Assembly: GCF_001194135.2 (NCBI RefSeq)
Contig: NC_068981.1
Coordinates: 174,839,096 to 174,885,398 of the forward strand
DNA length: 46,303 nt
From: Octopus bimaculoides
Lineage: Eukaryota
Direction of reading: 5' to 3'
Below are positions 24,653-36,710 of this stretch, in pieces (within the stretch, counting starts at the first letter, position 1; every line of letters starts with the position of its first letter). The notes beneath the pieces are model-generated. The model saw only the letters and a program-made list of their open reading frames with translations. It was not told the DNA's origin and searched no databases. The position numbers and the translations under genes are program-made.

Positions 24653-24976
24653 CTTTTTGGAGCCCACAAGATGGCGGCATAGCCGGAGGTCGATAGCCAA
24701 TAGCAAAGGAACATAATCCCCAATTGTTACGTTTGAATAGTGAGGCATTTCCTCCTCCATATTTGTAAGAAATCTTGGGTCAACAGGTTTTTGGAATCTC
24801 AGGATACGCTATAAAGCCAAACCCTTTATAGACGGAATACCTAAGGTAATCCCATAAACCGGCCTTTCCCATTGTTTATATATACTGCTCTACATCCTAG
24901 AGTGTGCTTCTTTCAAATTCATGTTTTCTACAGGCGATATATATGTATGTATATATGTATATATATNNNNNNNNNN

Positions 24977-25013
<37 letters not shown>

Positions 25014-25019
25014 CTATAT

Positions 25020-25240
25020 GTGTGTTTCTTTCTGTCGGAGTCTGTCCCCACGCGGACCACTTGACAACCTGTGATGGTGTGTTTGCATCCCCGTAACTTA
25101 CCGGTTCGGCAAAAGAGACCCATACAATAAGTACCATATTTAAAAATTACTTACTGAGGTCGATTCATTCGACTGAAAATTCAAGGCTCTGCTCCATCAT
25201 GGCTGCAGTCTAATGACTGGAACAAATGAAAGATAAAAGT
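25020..25240 (+). mobile_element. SINE family B, 3' half
   Basis: CTTGACAACC...CCCCGTAACTTACCGGTTCGGCAAAAGAGAC...AATAAGTAC...GTCGATT...CATGGCTGCAGTCTAATGACTG. Confidence 0.8.
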
Positions 25241-26030
25241 TGTAAACATGAGTCGGTTTCGTCATAATTACTGAACCCTAAAAGATTTGTGATCCTCTAC
25301 AAATAAAGCAAGAACTTGCTTTCTGATGCTGATTCTGATCATTTACTTAGCTAATATACTTGAGTAACGAATATCTCGCAGCATGACGTTTTCTTTGTCT
25401 TATTTGATTACCATCGTACTGCGAAACGCTTCTCACGCAAAACCGTGAGAAGGTTGGACTTGTAAGCACTTTGGGTAGGAACCGGAAAGAGAAGTATGAA
25501 CGCGCAATGCGCACGTGTACACTGGATACCTAAAATGGAAGAGAAAAATATAAAAGCAATGCGCACTTAACATCTCATGTAGCTTTGCTGCAATTTTCTT
25601 GTTGAATTTTAAATCCGATAATTATAGGTAGCTTATTATTAGAAATGGCTGTTTGCTGAACTAAATACATCACATAATAAAGGGTTCCATCGACAACTGA
25701 GTCCCATTCTATACGAATTTCTCGTCTAAAACCCAAAATTAAATCTCCATAATTAGAAACGCCTTAGCATAAATTGTAATCCTGCGTTAATGCAGTACCC
25801 CATATTGAAAAGGCATGATCATTTCAAATTCTTATTTCTACTCTTGATCATTCTGTAAGACAGCAGGTCAAATACATTCACCATTAAAATAAAAAAAGAA
25901 GGAGGTGCCATAGAACACAATTGTTCGTAGTGTTTTTTTAAGTCACAAGGGTTTGGCTCCAACGTCTTTTCATATCTGCCCTTCGGGAACCTATGATAAG
26001 CCGTCCCTCTTAGAAGTAGCAATAATCCTT

Positions 26031-26241
26031 TCTACTAAAGGCGCAAGGCCTGAAATTTTGGATGGGGAAGATAATCGATTACTTCGACCACAGCGTTTCA
26101 CTGGTACTTAATTTATCAACCCCAAAACGATGAAAGGCAAAGTCGAGCTCGGCGGAATTTGAACTCAGAACGTAAAGACGGACGAAATGCTGCGAAGCAT
26201 TTTACCCGGCGTGCTAACGTTTCTGTCAGCTCACCGCCTTC
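26031..26241 (-). mobile_element. SINE family A
   Basis: Reverse complement of family A: CTGGTACTTAATTTATC...GATGAAAGGCAAAGTCGA...GGCGGAATTTGAACTC...GTGCTAACG...CAGCTC. Confidence 0.9.
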
Positions 26242-26247
26242 TTAGAA

Positions 26248-26282
<35 letters not shown>

Positions 26283-26336
26283 CAGTATAGTAACATTATC
26301 TGTAGTAGTAGCAGCAGTAGCTGTAGTAGTAGTAGC

Positions 26337-26394
<58 letters not shown>

Positions 26395-26423
26395 ATAGTA
26401 ATAGTAGTAGTAGCTACAGTTGT

Positions 26424-26463
<40 letters not shown>

Positions 26464-26839
26464 TAATAATAAAACAGAAACAATTCCTATCATAGTAGGT
26501 GCCTTGGGTATAATTAAAAAAATATTCACACAAATACATAACAAAAACACCAGGACTTACAAATATATATAACATACAGAAAATTGCACTACTGGGTACT
26601 GCACACATCCTACGCAAAACACTTTCAATACAGTAACCATAAGAGCACCACAGCAAACCACAGCACATACCCAAGGCGCACAGAGCTGCGCTCGGTAGTG
26701 AAGTGAAAGCACGTTATAAAAATAAAACTACTGAACAATAATAATAATACAGATAATGGCAGTATAGTGACATTATCTGTAGTAGTAGCAGCAGTAGCTG
26801 TAGTACTAGTAGTAGTAGTAGTAGTAGCTACACTTGTTT
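26283..26839 (+). repeat. Direct repeat pair 26283-26425 and 26760-26839 flanking the LINE fragment
   Basis: Both copies read CAGTATAGTRACATTATCTGTAGTAGTAGCAGCAGTAGCTGTAGTA-(GTA)n-GTAGCTACASTTGTTT and differ mainly in GTA count. Confidence 0.85.
26471..26749 (+). mobile_element. 5'-truncated R4/Dong-like RLE non-LTR retrotransposon 3' end with (TAA)n tail
   Basis: KTETIPIIVGALGIIK / YSHKYITKTPGLTNIYNIQKIALLGTAHILRKTLSIQ* (one frameshift), typical of the R4-clade C-terminus, then ~100 nt UTR and AATAATAATAAT. Sits within TAA repeats. Confidence 0.8.
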
Positions 26840-27449
26840 TTTTGTTTTTGTTACCGCAAAAATGCACTATTAGTAGCATTGATATCTGTGATTTTACTGA
26901 CTGTCGCTTAGTCCCAGGCCAACCTAATGGTCACATCAGTTTTTCTCTTCTTATTTTGAAACAGACAGCATGAATTGATGATAATTTGTCTTATATTTCT
27001 AGCATCTCGCACCGCCATGTACAGGTTCCCTCGTTGTCACGTTGTGAAGTTGATAACAGCTATGACGTCAATATCATTTGATTAACAACTCCACAAGACT
27101 AGATCAAAATAGTGTTGGCTTTCTTCATTTTTTTTTTCTGTTATCTTTGTATTTATTGACTTTCTCTAATTGTTTTATTACGAAAAGTTCCATATCTCTT
27201 TCGTCTGTGAAAGAATGCTCTCTATCATATTATCAACTACGAAATATTCTATTTGTTTATATCTCATAGAAGAATGCTAGAAATCAAAGACGTATAATGC
27301 ATAAATGAAAGATACAACAAAAAAAATCCAACGTAATTTAAATTAAATAAGTCATATAACTAAAGCTGGAATATTCTAAGTGAAATATTTTACTTAGGAT
27401 GTCTAGTTTTCACATTTGCTTCCTATTGTATTTTATTGTGGTTTCAAAT

Positions 27450-27633
27450 TTTGGCACAAGGCCAGCAATTTCGGGGTAGGGAGTAAGTCGATGATATCAA
27501 CTCCAGAGCTCAACTGGTACTTATTTTACCGAATCCAAAACGATGAAAGGTAAAGTCGACCATGACAGAACTTGAACACCGAACATAAAGCATTTTGTCC
27601 GGCTTGCTAACGATTCTACCAGCTCGCCGTCTT
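27450..27633 (-). mobile_element. SINE family A (internally deleted)
   Basis: CTGGTACTTATTTTA...GATGAAAGGTAAAGTCGAC...GCTAACGATTCTACCAGCTCGCC. Confidence 0.85.
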
Positions 27634-28283
27634 TGTCGTATCTTATATTAATTAAACTGGTGAAGGTGTTGCTGGTGCTGTTCACGGTGTGAACCATTGT
27701 AATTTGAGAAATTAGCAGTGTATGTATCTGTTGGCATTGGCAGTATCGGAACATTAATGTGATTAGTGTTGATATGTTTGCTATTGTGATAGGGGTTCAA
27801 ATGTTGTGCACAATATTGAATAATCTATGGTTCACAGCTGCTCATTTACTGTGTACTATGCAAATCAAAAGACCGAGTCAAGCCCACGCAAATTGGTATT
27901 AACACAGTAACATTGTCAAGTGTTCTGTTTGCTGCTAGTAATTTCGTGAAGGCACGCTGTGAGCATATCTTACAGTAATGGTCTTCGTGGTAGTAGTTTT
28001 GTTCAAGGGACCTCTGTATATTGTAACTTCATATCTGTTCCTGCGACCAACAGTTATGAGAAAATTCACACGCTTAGAGGCATGAGAGAATGTTAATACA
28101 CGGAAGGTGAATGAGTATATCTATTTATTTACTCTCGGGTACATCATGTATGTGCCTGCATTTGCTTTCGTTTTTGAAGATAAAGAACGGCAAGTTCTCA
28201 ATCGTAACTAATTCCTTTCTCTCACTTCTCTCATTATCTCTCATCATGTATGTGTATGTGTGTGCGTGTGCGTGCGCGCATGC

Positions 28284-28323
<40 letters not shown>

Positions 28324-28810
28324 GTGTGTGTGTGAGCATGGCTATGTATCAAACATGGGCGTCTTTGGAATTCTTATCATTTCTGCATCTAATCATCTGA
28401 ATGTTTAATGATATCTCTGTCTATGTAAGCCGTAATGTAGCGAACGTTGTAACGCGGGGCTGCGTTGAAAGACTTGGGTAGGATTGTCTCGTCTATTTGG
28501 GCTATTTTCTCTCTTTACAAGTTCAATAACGCCCTTTAAGGGAAAATGACTCACATCAAGGTTAGCAGGTGGAAGCGTGATAGGTCTAAATACGACATAC
28601 GAACTTTTACCTTTGACCCGATTATTCCTTATACTTTTGTGTAGTAGTGTAATGTGCCTATAAAATCTCCCCTTAAGCGTAGTCTCTCTCTCTCTCTCTC
28701 CAACCTCTCTCTCTCCCACCTCTCTCTCTCTCTCTTTCCTCTGCTCTCTTTTCTGATTTTCTTTAGATTTTCTTTCCAACCTGTCTCAATATTTCTCGTT
28801 CTCTCCCATC

Positions 28811-28940
28811 TTTCTTTTCTTCTTCTTCTTCTTCTTCTTCTTCTTCTTCTTCTTCTTCTTCTTCTTCTTCTTCTTCTTCTTCTTCTTCTTTTTCTTCTTC
28901 TTTTTCTTTCTTTCTTTCTTTCTCTCTCTCCCTCTCTCCA
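28811..28940. repeat. (CTT)n and CT-rich simple repeat
   Basis: Direct reading. Confidence 0.9.
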
Positions 28941-29954
28941 TTAAAAGTCTACCATTGTTATCGAACAGTTTGCATTCCAGCGTAAGGAATATTTACTCTC
29001 CCAATAACCANNNNNNNNNNNNNNNNNNNNNNNNNNNNNNNNNNNNNNNNNNNNNNNNNNNNNNNNNNNNNNNNNNNNNNNNNNNNNNNNNNNNNNNNNN
29101 NNNNNNNNNNNNNNNNNNNNNNNNNNNNNNNNNNNNNNNNNNNNNNNNNNNNNNNNNNNNNNNNNNNNNNNNNNNNNNNNNNNNNNNNNNNNNNNNNNNN
29201 NNNNNNNNNNNNNNNNNNNNNNNNNNNNNNNNNNNNNNNNNNNNNNNNNNNNNNNNNNNNNNNNNNNNNNNNNNNNNNNNNNNNNNNNNNNNNNNNNNNN
29301 NNNNNNNNNNNNNNNNNNNNNNNNNNNNNACAACATCAGGCATGTACATGTGTGCAGAAAGCCATGAGAAAGAGAGGGAGAGAAAGAACAAGAGGAGAGA
29401 GAGAGAAAGGGAGAGAGAAAGAAGGAAGAGGAGAGACAGTACTGACCGAGAATAAGAGAATTCAAGATGTGTGTGTGGGGGTGGGGTGGGGTGGGGGGAG
29501 ATGTCGAAACAGCAGGGTAGTGCTGTAATCATTCACTTACGCACACTCCAATAACATCGTATAGATATGTTTATCTCTATAATGCCATAAAATCCTATAT
29601 CTTAATGTATGTGTCTGAAATATTTATGTAAACAACATATCGCTTACCAGTCTTTATCTAACAAGTGGTAAATTATATACGTATGTATGTGTGGGGAGCG
29701 CACATAAAAGCACTAAGGGTGGCCAAAGACGATGAGGACACAATGGCTGCAAACATATATATTTTCACTCCTAATGGATTTCCTTATCTCATTTCAATAC
29801 TTCCTCTTTTCTTTCGGTCTCTTTATGTGTTTATTGTTTTACTTCGATTTTTCTCTTTGTATTCTAGTTTTTTAAAACAACTATTTCGGTCTGTAACCCC
29901 ACCCGCTTCTGTACAGTTTACAAATGTTATTGTTTGCAGTGAAGTTAAATGAAT

Positions 29955-30137
29955 CCTTTGTCGGTTTCGATGGTGAATGCCCCAGTTGTTCGATCAACAG
30001 AAATACTACTTACTTAACTCATTGAATTATTCTGTAAAGTGGTCTGAGTATATTTCATAGACGCTTGTACGCGTGACGTAAACGTCAGGCAGAATCAGCG
30101 TGACAGTGTGTGACAAGCTTGGCCCTTTGAATTACAG
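29955..30137 (-). mobile_element. Decayed 3' part of SINE family C
   Basis: Reverse complement resembles 31330-31500 (GTAATTCAAAGGG...TTGTCACAC...TGTCACGCTGA...TACTCAG...GTTGATC...CAACTGG). Confidence 0.65.
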
Positions 30138-31125
30138 CTTCAGTCCATCCGATAGGCTGTCACTCAGACTCTATCCAGAGCTGCCAGATCAACTTCATGA
30201 AAACTAGCGTAAAACTTTCAACAAATGGGTGATTGTGTTAGAAAAGCAAAAGGAGATGGACATTTTGTTAGCAAACCAAAAGACACATAGATAGATACAA
30301 ACAAACATACATACATACATACATATTACACACATACATTCATGTATACATTTTTTCATTTATACCAAGAAGCACTGGTGCAATTGGTTTCGTGAATAAA
30401 TGCCTAAGTGACAAATCGAGATAAGCTGGTGTTCTCAGAAAAAGAAATAAACCGGTCAGCACGCACATTGGAAATACAATCTGTAAGTGGTACAGTAAAG
30501 GTATGCAAAACTTGTCTCAAGATTAAAATGGGAATTCAGCCAAGATTACATATGTCTACATATGTATCTCCACAGCAACGTACACACGCGCGCGCGCACG
30601 AATGTATTTAAACAAACTAGCCACGTAGCGCTTCTGCAAAATTATCCAGGTGTTCCATAATCGTAGTTCGATATATGCGCATCAATAAAATTGTTGATTT
30701 GGAACAATATGCAAGGAAAGAAAATCCAGCCTGCAACTTCAAGTTTTAATCCATGCAAAAAATTGTCAGAACTTTTAAGGAATACATTATCTGTTTAATA
30801 TTAAGTAGAAAGAGAATGTGGATAGGGAGACAAATCATAACATTGTAGGCAGAGTCATAGTGATTATACCAACAATACACAATATGCAAGGATTTTTACC
30901 TCAAGAAATTAAATATTTAAAAAATCAAGTATCCTTAATTTTAAAAAAATGTATAGTGCCGTTAGAAATACAACATAATCTGCAACTTGCAGCCCCACAT
31001 AACAACTCAGATGGTTTTGTGCAATGGTATCATACTCAAGTCATAGTAATTACGAAAGAAACTTCTTAGCGAAAGCGTATAAATGCTGCGTTCGTGTTAG
31101 TTTCTATTTACTTATTGTTAGGAGT

Positions 31126-31515
31126 GTGGAGGCACAATGGCCCAGTGGTTAGGGCAGCGAATTCGCGGTCATAGGATCGCGGTTTCGATTCCCAAACCGC
31201 GCGTTGTGTGTGTTTATTGAGCGAAAACACCTAAAGCTCCACGAAGCTCCGGCAGGGGATGGTGGTGAACCCTGCTATACTCTTTAACCACAACTTCCTC
31301 TCACTCTTACTTCCTGTTTCTGTTGTGCCTGTAATTCAAAGGGTCAGCTTTGTCACACTGTGTCACGCTGAATATCCCCGAGAACTACGTTAAGGGTACA
31401 AGTGTCTGTGGAGTACTCAGCCACTTGCACGTTAATTTCACGAGCAGGCTGTTCCGTTGATCTGATCAACTGGAACCCTCGACGTCGTAAACGACGGAGT
31501 GCCAACAACAACAAC
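31126..31515 (+). mobile_element. Full-length tRNA-derived SINE, family C, with 10-bp TSD
   Basis: A box TGGCCCAGTGG (31138-31148), B-box-like GGTTTCGATTCC (31181-31192), (CAA)n tail, TSD TGTTAGGAGT at 31116-31125 and 31516-31525. Confidence 0.9.
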
Positions 31516-32219
31516 TGTTAGGAGTCATGAACGCAGTTTGACTGAATAGTTAAGAATACCACTCGACAGCCGCAAGATCTGTGTTCATATCACTGCTTCA
31601 CATTTTATACTTACGTCATTTTTAAATAGTCTGGTGTTGATCTATAACCGAGTAAAATTGGATTGACGGAAACTGCATAGATGCACGACTGTTTCGGTAC
31701 CTGTCTTCAAATTACCAATGCTCACTTGTACTTCAGTTCAGGAGCAGGTATTTCACTTAGGCAACAGACTTCCGTCACTTGTAATGCTAGAAATCATTTC
31801 ACCTTTCGACTTTCAAAACTTTAATCAATGGGTAAAGTTTTACTCTTTTTATTGTTGAAAATAGAAACTTACCAGAGTCAGTTTATCAGTAGAATTCCTG
31901 TCATCTCACCGGCAAGGATCCATAGTACACGACAACCAATCTATTTACATTGGTCGATGTAATTGTTTAGGTGTAAGTCAACTGTTATTAAGAAAACCTA
32001 TGATAGGAGGTATTCAAGCAACAAACGCATAATCTTTTTTCTGCACACAATGCACTCACAGCTACATTATCCAAAATATTCTTCTTTACTAATTTGGGAT
32101 TTCAGGGAATTTAACTGGTAGTACTAGCAGGTTGACTGACCGACAACGTACAGCCGCAGAAGACGGCGCATTTGTTTCACAATCTACTTACATATGTGTC
32201 GTTGAATTTCACATTTGTA

Positions 32220-32234
32220 ATAATAACGATAATG

Positions 32235-32329
<95 letters not shown>

Positions 32330-32337
32330 AAGAAGAA
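32220..32337. repeat. (TAA)n-(GAA)n compound microsatellite running into a gap
   Basis: Direct reading. Confidence 0.95.
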
Positions 32338-32616
32338 NNNNNNNNNNNNNNNNNNNNNNNNNNNNNNNNNNNNNNNNNNNNNNNNNNNNNNNNNNNNNNN
32401 NNNNNNNNNNNNNNNNNNNNNNNNNNNNNNNNNNNNNNNNNNNNNNNNNNNNNNNNNNNNNNNNNNNNNNNNNNNNNNNNNNNNNNNNNNNNNNNNNNNN
32501 NNNNNNNNNNNNNNNNNNNNNNNNNNNNNNNNNNNNNNNNNNNNNNNNNNNNNNNNNNNNNNNNNNNNNNNNNNNNNNNNNNNNNNNNNNNNNNNNNNNN
32601 NNNNNNNNNNNNNNNN

Positions 32617-32665
<49 letters not shown>

Positions 32666-32710
32666 GTGTGTGTGTGTTCGTGCGTGTGTGTGTATGTATG
32701 TATGTATGTA

Positions 32711-33906
32711 TACCAAGTAGCGTCAAACGTATTTTCGTATTTCAGGCTTTAATTAATAATTAAAAAGCATTACAAACAAAAAGCGTCTATTCATCGTCTG
32801 TCGCAATTGTTGTGCCAGAAATCAATTTCATGAGGATACAATGGTATGGCTGGTTTCGGGGCAAAAACTGACTGCGACCATTTTCAACCTCATCGATATT
32901 GTTGAACCTCCCTCCGTGTAGGAAATAAGCCATGGTTCCTAAAAGGGGGTAATATGATGACACAAGGTTTGGACTTCAGGTAGGGTGAGTCAGCACTCCT
33001 AGCTGGGGCATTGTCATGCTGTAAGAGTGCATCTTTGATTGACCAATGTCGGGTAGTAGGCTATCAAAGCACCATATATTCGCTGTAGTTGTTGAGCATT
33101 AAGCTTAGTCTTCACAGCATAACCATCTGAGATTAGCTCGTGCAATACTCCTTGAAAGTGCAATATCCCTCGAAATTCCACCAAACGCACAACATAATTT
33201 TCTGTTCAAACCACCCTTGTTTGACAATACGTCTTGAAGCCTGGTAGGAACGGAGTCAATGATTTTTCAAATTAAGATTACGAAATTAGATCCATTTTCA
33301 TCTCCAGTTACAATTTGGTGCCAAAAACGGCCATCTCGAGAATTTGGCAGCACTAATAATGCCCACATGTCGTTGAGCCTGACCACTGGTCAGTTCATGA
33401 GGAGCTTCTCGATAGCGTCTGCTCAAAAAGCCAACCTTATAAAGATGTCAATTGATGGTGCTTTGTGAAGGAATGCACGAGTGCTTGTGCCTGGCTGCTG
33501 TTCAACCATTTCAAGTAAGGACTTATTTTCCACAACAGAAGCCTCCTTGATTTGCTTTCCATGCTGGTGTCATCTTTCTTCGAACGCCTGAAACAATTTT
33601 GGGCCACACATTCATTGACAGCTTCTGGGCCTTCCACATCGTTAATTTCTTTTGCCACTATCCTAGCACTTAGTTCTTTTCCCTACCTTAGTTCTTATTC
33701 CTTGCGTAAAATTGCTCTACTTGCAATTTATTCACCACACATTATTGAAGCTGTAAAATACAGAACAAGCAATTAATAATTATAGGTTTTGTTTGGAAAT
33801 AAAGGAGAAGCAATTCAGCAATGATTAGACAACAATTCATATCAAATTTAGGATATAGCATGAAAATACAAGGGGAAATCCGAAAAAAACTTTTAACTCA
33901 ACCTTG
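32711..33906 (-). mobile_element. Decayed mariner (Tc1/mariner) transposon
   Basis: Minus-strand relics EINDVEGPEAVNECVAQNCFRR (HTH), PHELT, QIVTGDE(KW), KIMLCVWWNFEG and LLQHDNAPA, with stops and frameshifts. Degenerate TIRs at ~32714-32743 and ~33875-33906; ~1.2 kb span. Confidence 0.85.
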
Positions 33907-33920
33907 TGTGTATGTGAGTG

Positions 33921-33922
<2 letters not shown>

Positions 33923-34006
<84 letters not shown>
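33923..34006. repeat. (GT)n microsatellite
   Basis: Direct reading. Confidence 0.95.
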
Positions 34007-34009
<3 letters not shown>

Positions 34010-34012
34010 GTC

Positions 34013-34044
<32 letters not shown>

Positions 34045-34765
34045 GGAGTACCTAGAACCTGTTAGTTCTCTATATTAAATAAGTCCAGTATAATTTTTCA
34101 AGAATACATGTTTTACCTATAGTGAATGTCAGAGGGTACACAATAAATTTTACCAACATAGATAACAACACAGTTTCATCCATACCGTTCAGACTATTCA
34201 ACTTTGCTTCTATTTCTCCCGGAGGTGATTTGTTTCAACGTCAGTTTTTATTCCTTGCTTTTTGGGGGGACACATTATTTTCCTCGTAAAGCGCTCTTTT
34301 GAACTTCTGTTGATGCAGATTCCCTTCTCTTGTGCTTTTGGAATGGCATTGACTCTACATTTTCCAGTTTATCATTTCTCTTAAAATATCGAACCGTTGC
34401 AACTTGTAAAAACCTGAAGCAAATATTACACAATACCATGTTTATGTTGGTATGAGAACTCACCACACAAATACCAAAAGCCTGATAATTATTCGTTTGA
34501 ATATAGCACCTCTGTACTAAAAACATCACAGGAAAACCTTTGAAAATCTTATCTGTCATGTGAAAGGATCAGAATAAAGATAACAAAAAATATAACACTT
34601 AACTGCCGACAGGACGTTATTCATCTGCTAACAAAACAACCAACCCTTATTCCAACAGTAATTCGCATTCAGCATGTGAAGGGACTTTACGTAGGATTTT
34701 GTTCATTCACTGATTTTTATTTGCATATGTTTTCATTTTCATTTTTTTTGTTTTTGTTTTTCCAG

Positions 34766-34943
34766 AATCTGCCGAATGAATCAAAAGAACACGTGAATAG
34801 AGATAAAAGAATACCTATGAATGGGCAAATGAAGGAAAAGCCAAAGAGCAAGCTTCATAATAGCATAAACACTTCAGCGTATACACACAAGAGAGCGACA
34901 TCACGTTGTGACCTCTCTCAAATGCCACTGCTTAAACGTGATG
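34766..34943 (+). CDS. Candidate internal exon, unknown hydrophilic protein (NLPNESKEHVNRDKRIPMNGQMKEKPKSKLHNSINTSAYTHKRATSRCDLSQMPLLKRD)
   Basis: Long T-tract acceptor ...TTTTTCCAG| at 34765; only phase 0 is open (59 codons); possible donor G|GTACAT. No homology recognised. Confidence 0.3.
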
Positions 34944-35349
34944 GTACATAAGCAATAAACGAGAGAGGGAAAGCTAAGAACAATAGCAACAAAAGTAACA
35001 ACAATAACAGGAACAATAATCAGGATAATGACAACTACAGCTACAGAAACAACACAAACTGGTAAATGAAAGATCAGAAGTTTTGTATGAATCAACCACG
35101 ATGATCAGCACTTCAGCAAACGCCTTTCTGATTCACTATTTGGACAGGTGTTTTAGTTTTCTTTGCCTCGTATTAAGACGTGGTTTGTCTTCATTGAATC
35201 AGCGAATTAGTTAATGGGAAATGTGTTGAAACTTTAAGGTAATGATCGCAAACATCACAAATTTGTTAACTTTCTATTGTTTTTTTCTTCTATTTTGAAT
35301 AGTTTGGTAGTGCGTCAAACGAAATTTTTTGCATGTTTGTTTATCTACT

Positions 35350-36710
35350 TTTAAGTCTTACGTTCAATTCCCACGCAGGTTGATATTTACAATTCATATT
35401 TTTGTGATGGTTAAATGAAGTATCACTCATTCTCAAGCCCACTTTCTGGCGTTGAGGATTTCTAGAATCAATAGTTCTTGCTATTTGCGTCCTGCGTTCA
35501 AATCCCGCCAAAATCAACTTTGCTTTTCATCTCTCGGAGATCCATAAGTAAAGTACCAGTCAAGTACTGGAGTCGATCTATAGAAACACTCAGTCTCCGT
35601 GAGCTTCAGGACATGCGCATATGTTAAGAAACAAAAAAACAAAACAAAAACAAAAAACTATTAAAGTATCAGAAACCTTACAGCGCTGCAGAAAATGATT
35701 TACTGTAAATCAGTTATGACTCTTTACGTTCGAATCCCACCGAAAACACCTTAACCTTTCAAAGTCGATTCAATAAAGTACCAGTCAAAATACGGTACTA
35801 GAATAGCAATCCCGTGCCGTAAATTGTTGGCTTCGTGACTACTTTAGAGACAATTATGATGAAAAACTGAACCAATAGTAGTGTGCATAAAAAGAATTGC
35901 ACTATTCAATTACGTGCCTTTAATATTCAAGTTTTTATCATATTGAGGGTCAACTTGGCGTTTAATATCTCTAGGTTGGTTAACAACTTGTCAAGTAATT
36001 GTGATTAATGTAATCTATTATACACATCTCTCAAATCTTAGGCTTTGAATTTATGTTAGAAATCAACATCATTATCACTTTTTGTTTGCGCGCTGTACAA
36101 AAAGCTAAGCGGATTTTCGTCCCTATGTACGTTTTGAGTTCAAATTCCGCCAATGTCAACTGTGCTTTCCATCTTTTCGGGGTTGATAAAATAAGTACCA
36201 CCCAAGTGCTGGTGCCCATGTGATCTACTTACTCTCTCTCCCGAAATTGCTAACCCTGTGCCAAAATCTCAAACCATGGAGGTAAGCTGGCAGAATCGTT
36301 GGCACGCCGGAGAAAGTACTTAGCGGCATTTCGTCCATCTTTACGTTCTGAGTTCAAATTCCGCCAGGGACGACTTTGCCTTTTAACCTTTTGGGTTCGA
36401 TAAAATATGTACCGGTGGAGCACTGGGGTCAATGAAATCGACAAGCCTCTTCCCCTAAAATTCCAGGATTTGTACCTCATTATTATTATGAAGTAAGGCA
36501 GCATGCTGGCAGTTTGTTTGTACGTCGGACGAAAAGCTTAGCGGAGTTTCTTTCATCTGTGTTCAAATTCCGCCGAGGTTGACTTTTCCTTAAATCCTTT
36601 CGGCATCGATAAAATAAGTGCCCGATTCGATTGATGTGATCGACTATCTCCTCTCCCAAAATTTCAGGCCATGTTCCTACAGGAGATAGGATTATTATTA
36701 TTATTACTTC
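35350..36710 (+). mobile_element. Head-to-tail cluster of about 7 family A SINE copies
   Basis: The GTTCAAATTCCGCC...TTTCATC...AAGTACCAG core recurs at ~35350, 35455, 35715, 35925, 36095, 36278 and 36495, all on +. The leftmost copies are heavily decayed. Confidence 0.75.

Noticed and set aside
27760-27860. LCTILNNLWFTAAHLLC resembling the trypsin TAAHC motif
   Set aside because: The Cys after His and the CGG motif are absent, and no other protease motifs or clear exon bounds are present.
28405-28681. About 92-codon open minus frame
   Set aside because: It begins in a GA microsatellite, shows no homology, and a few ORFs of this length are expected by chance.
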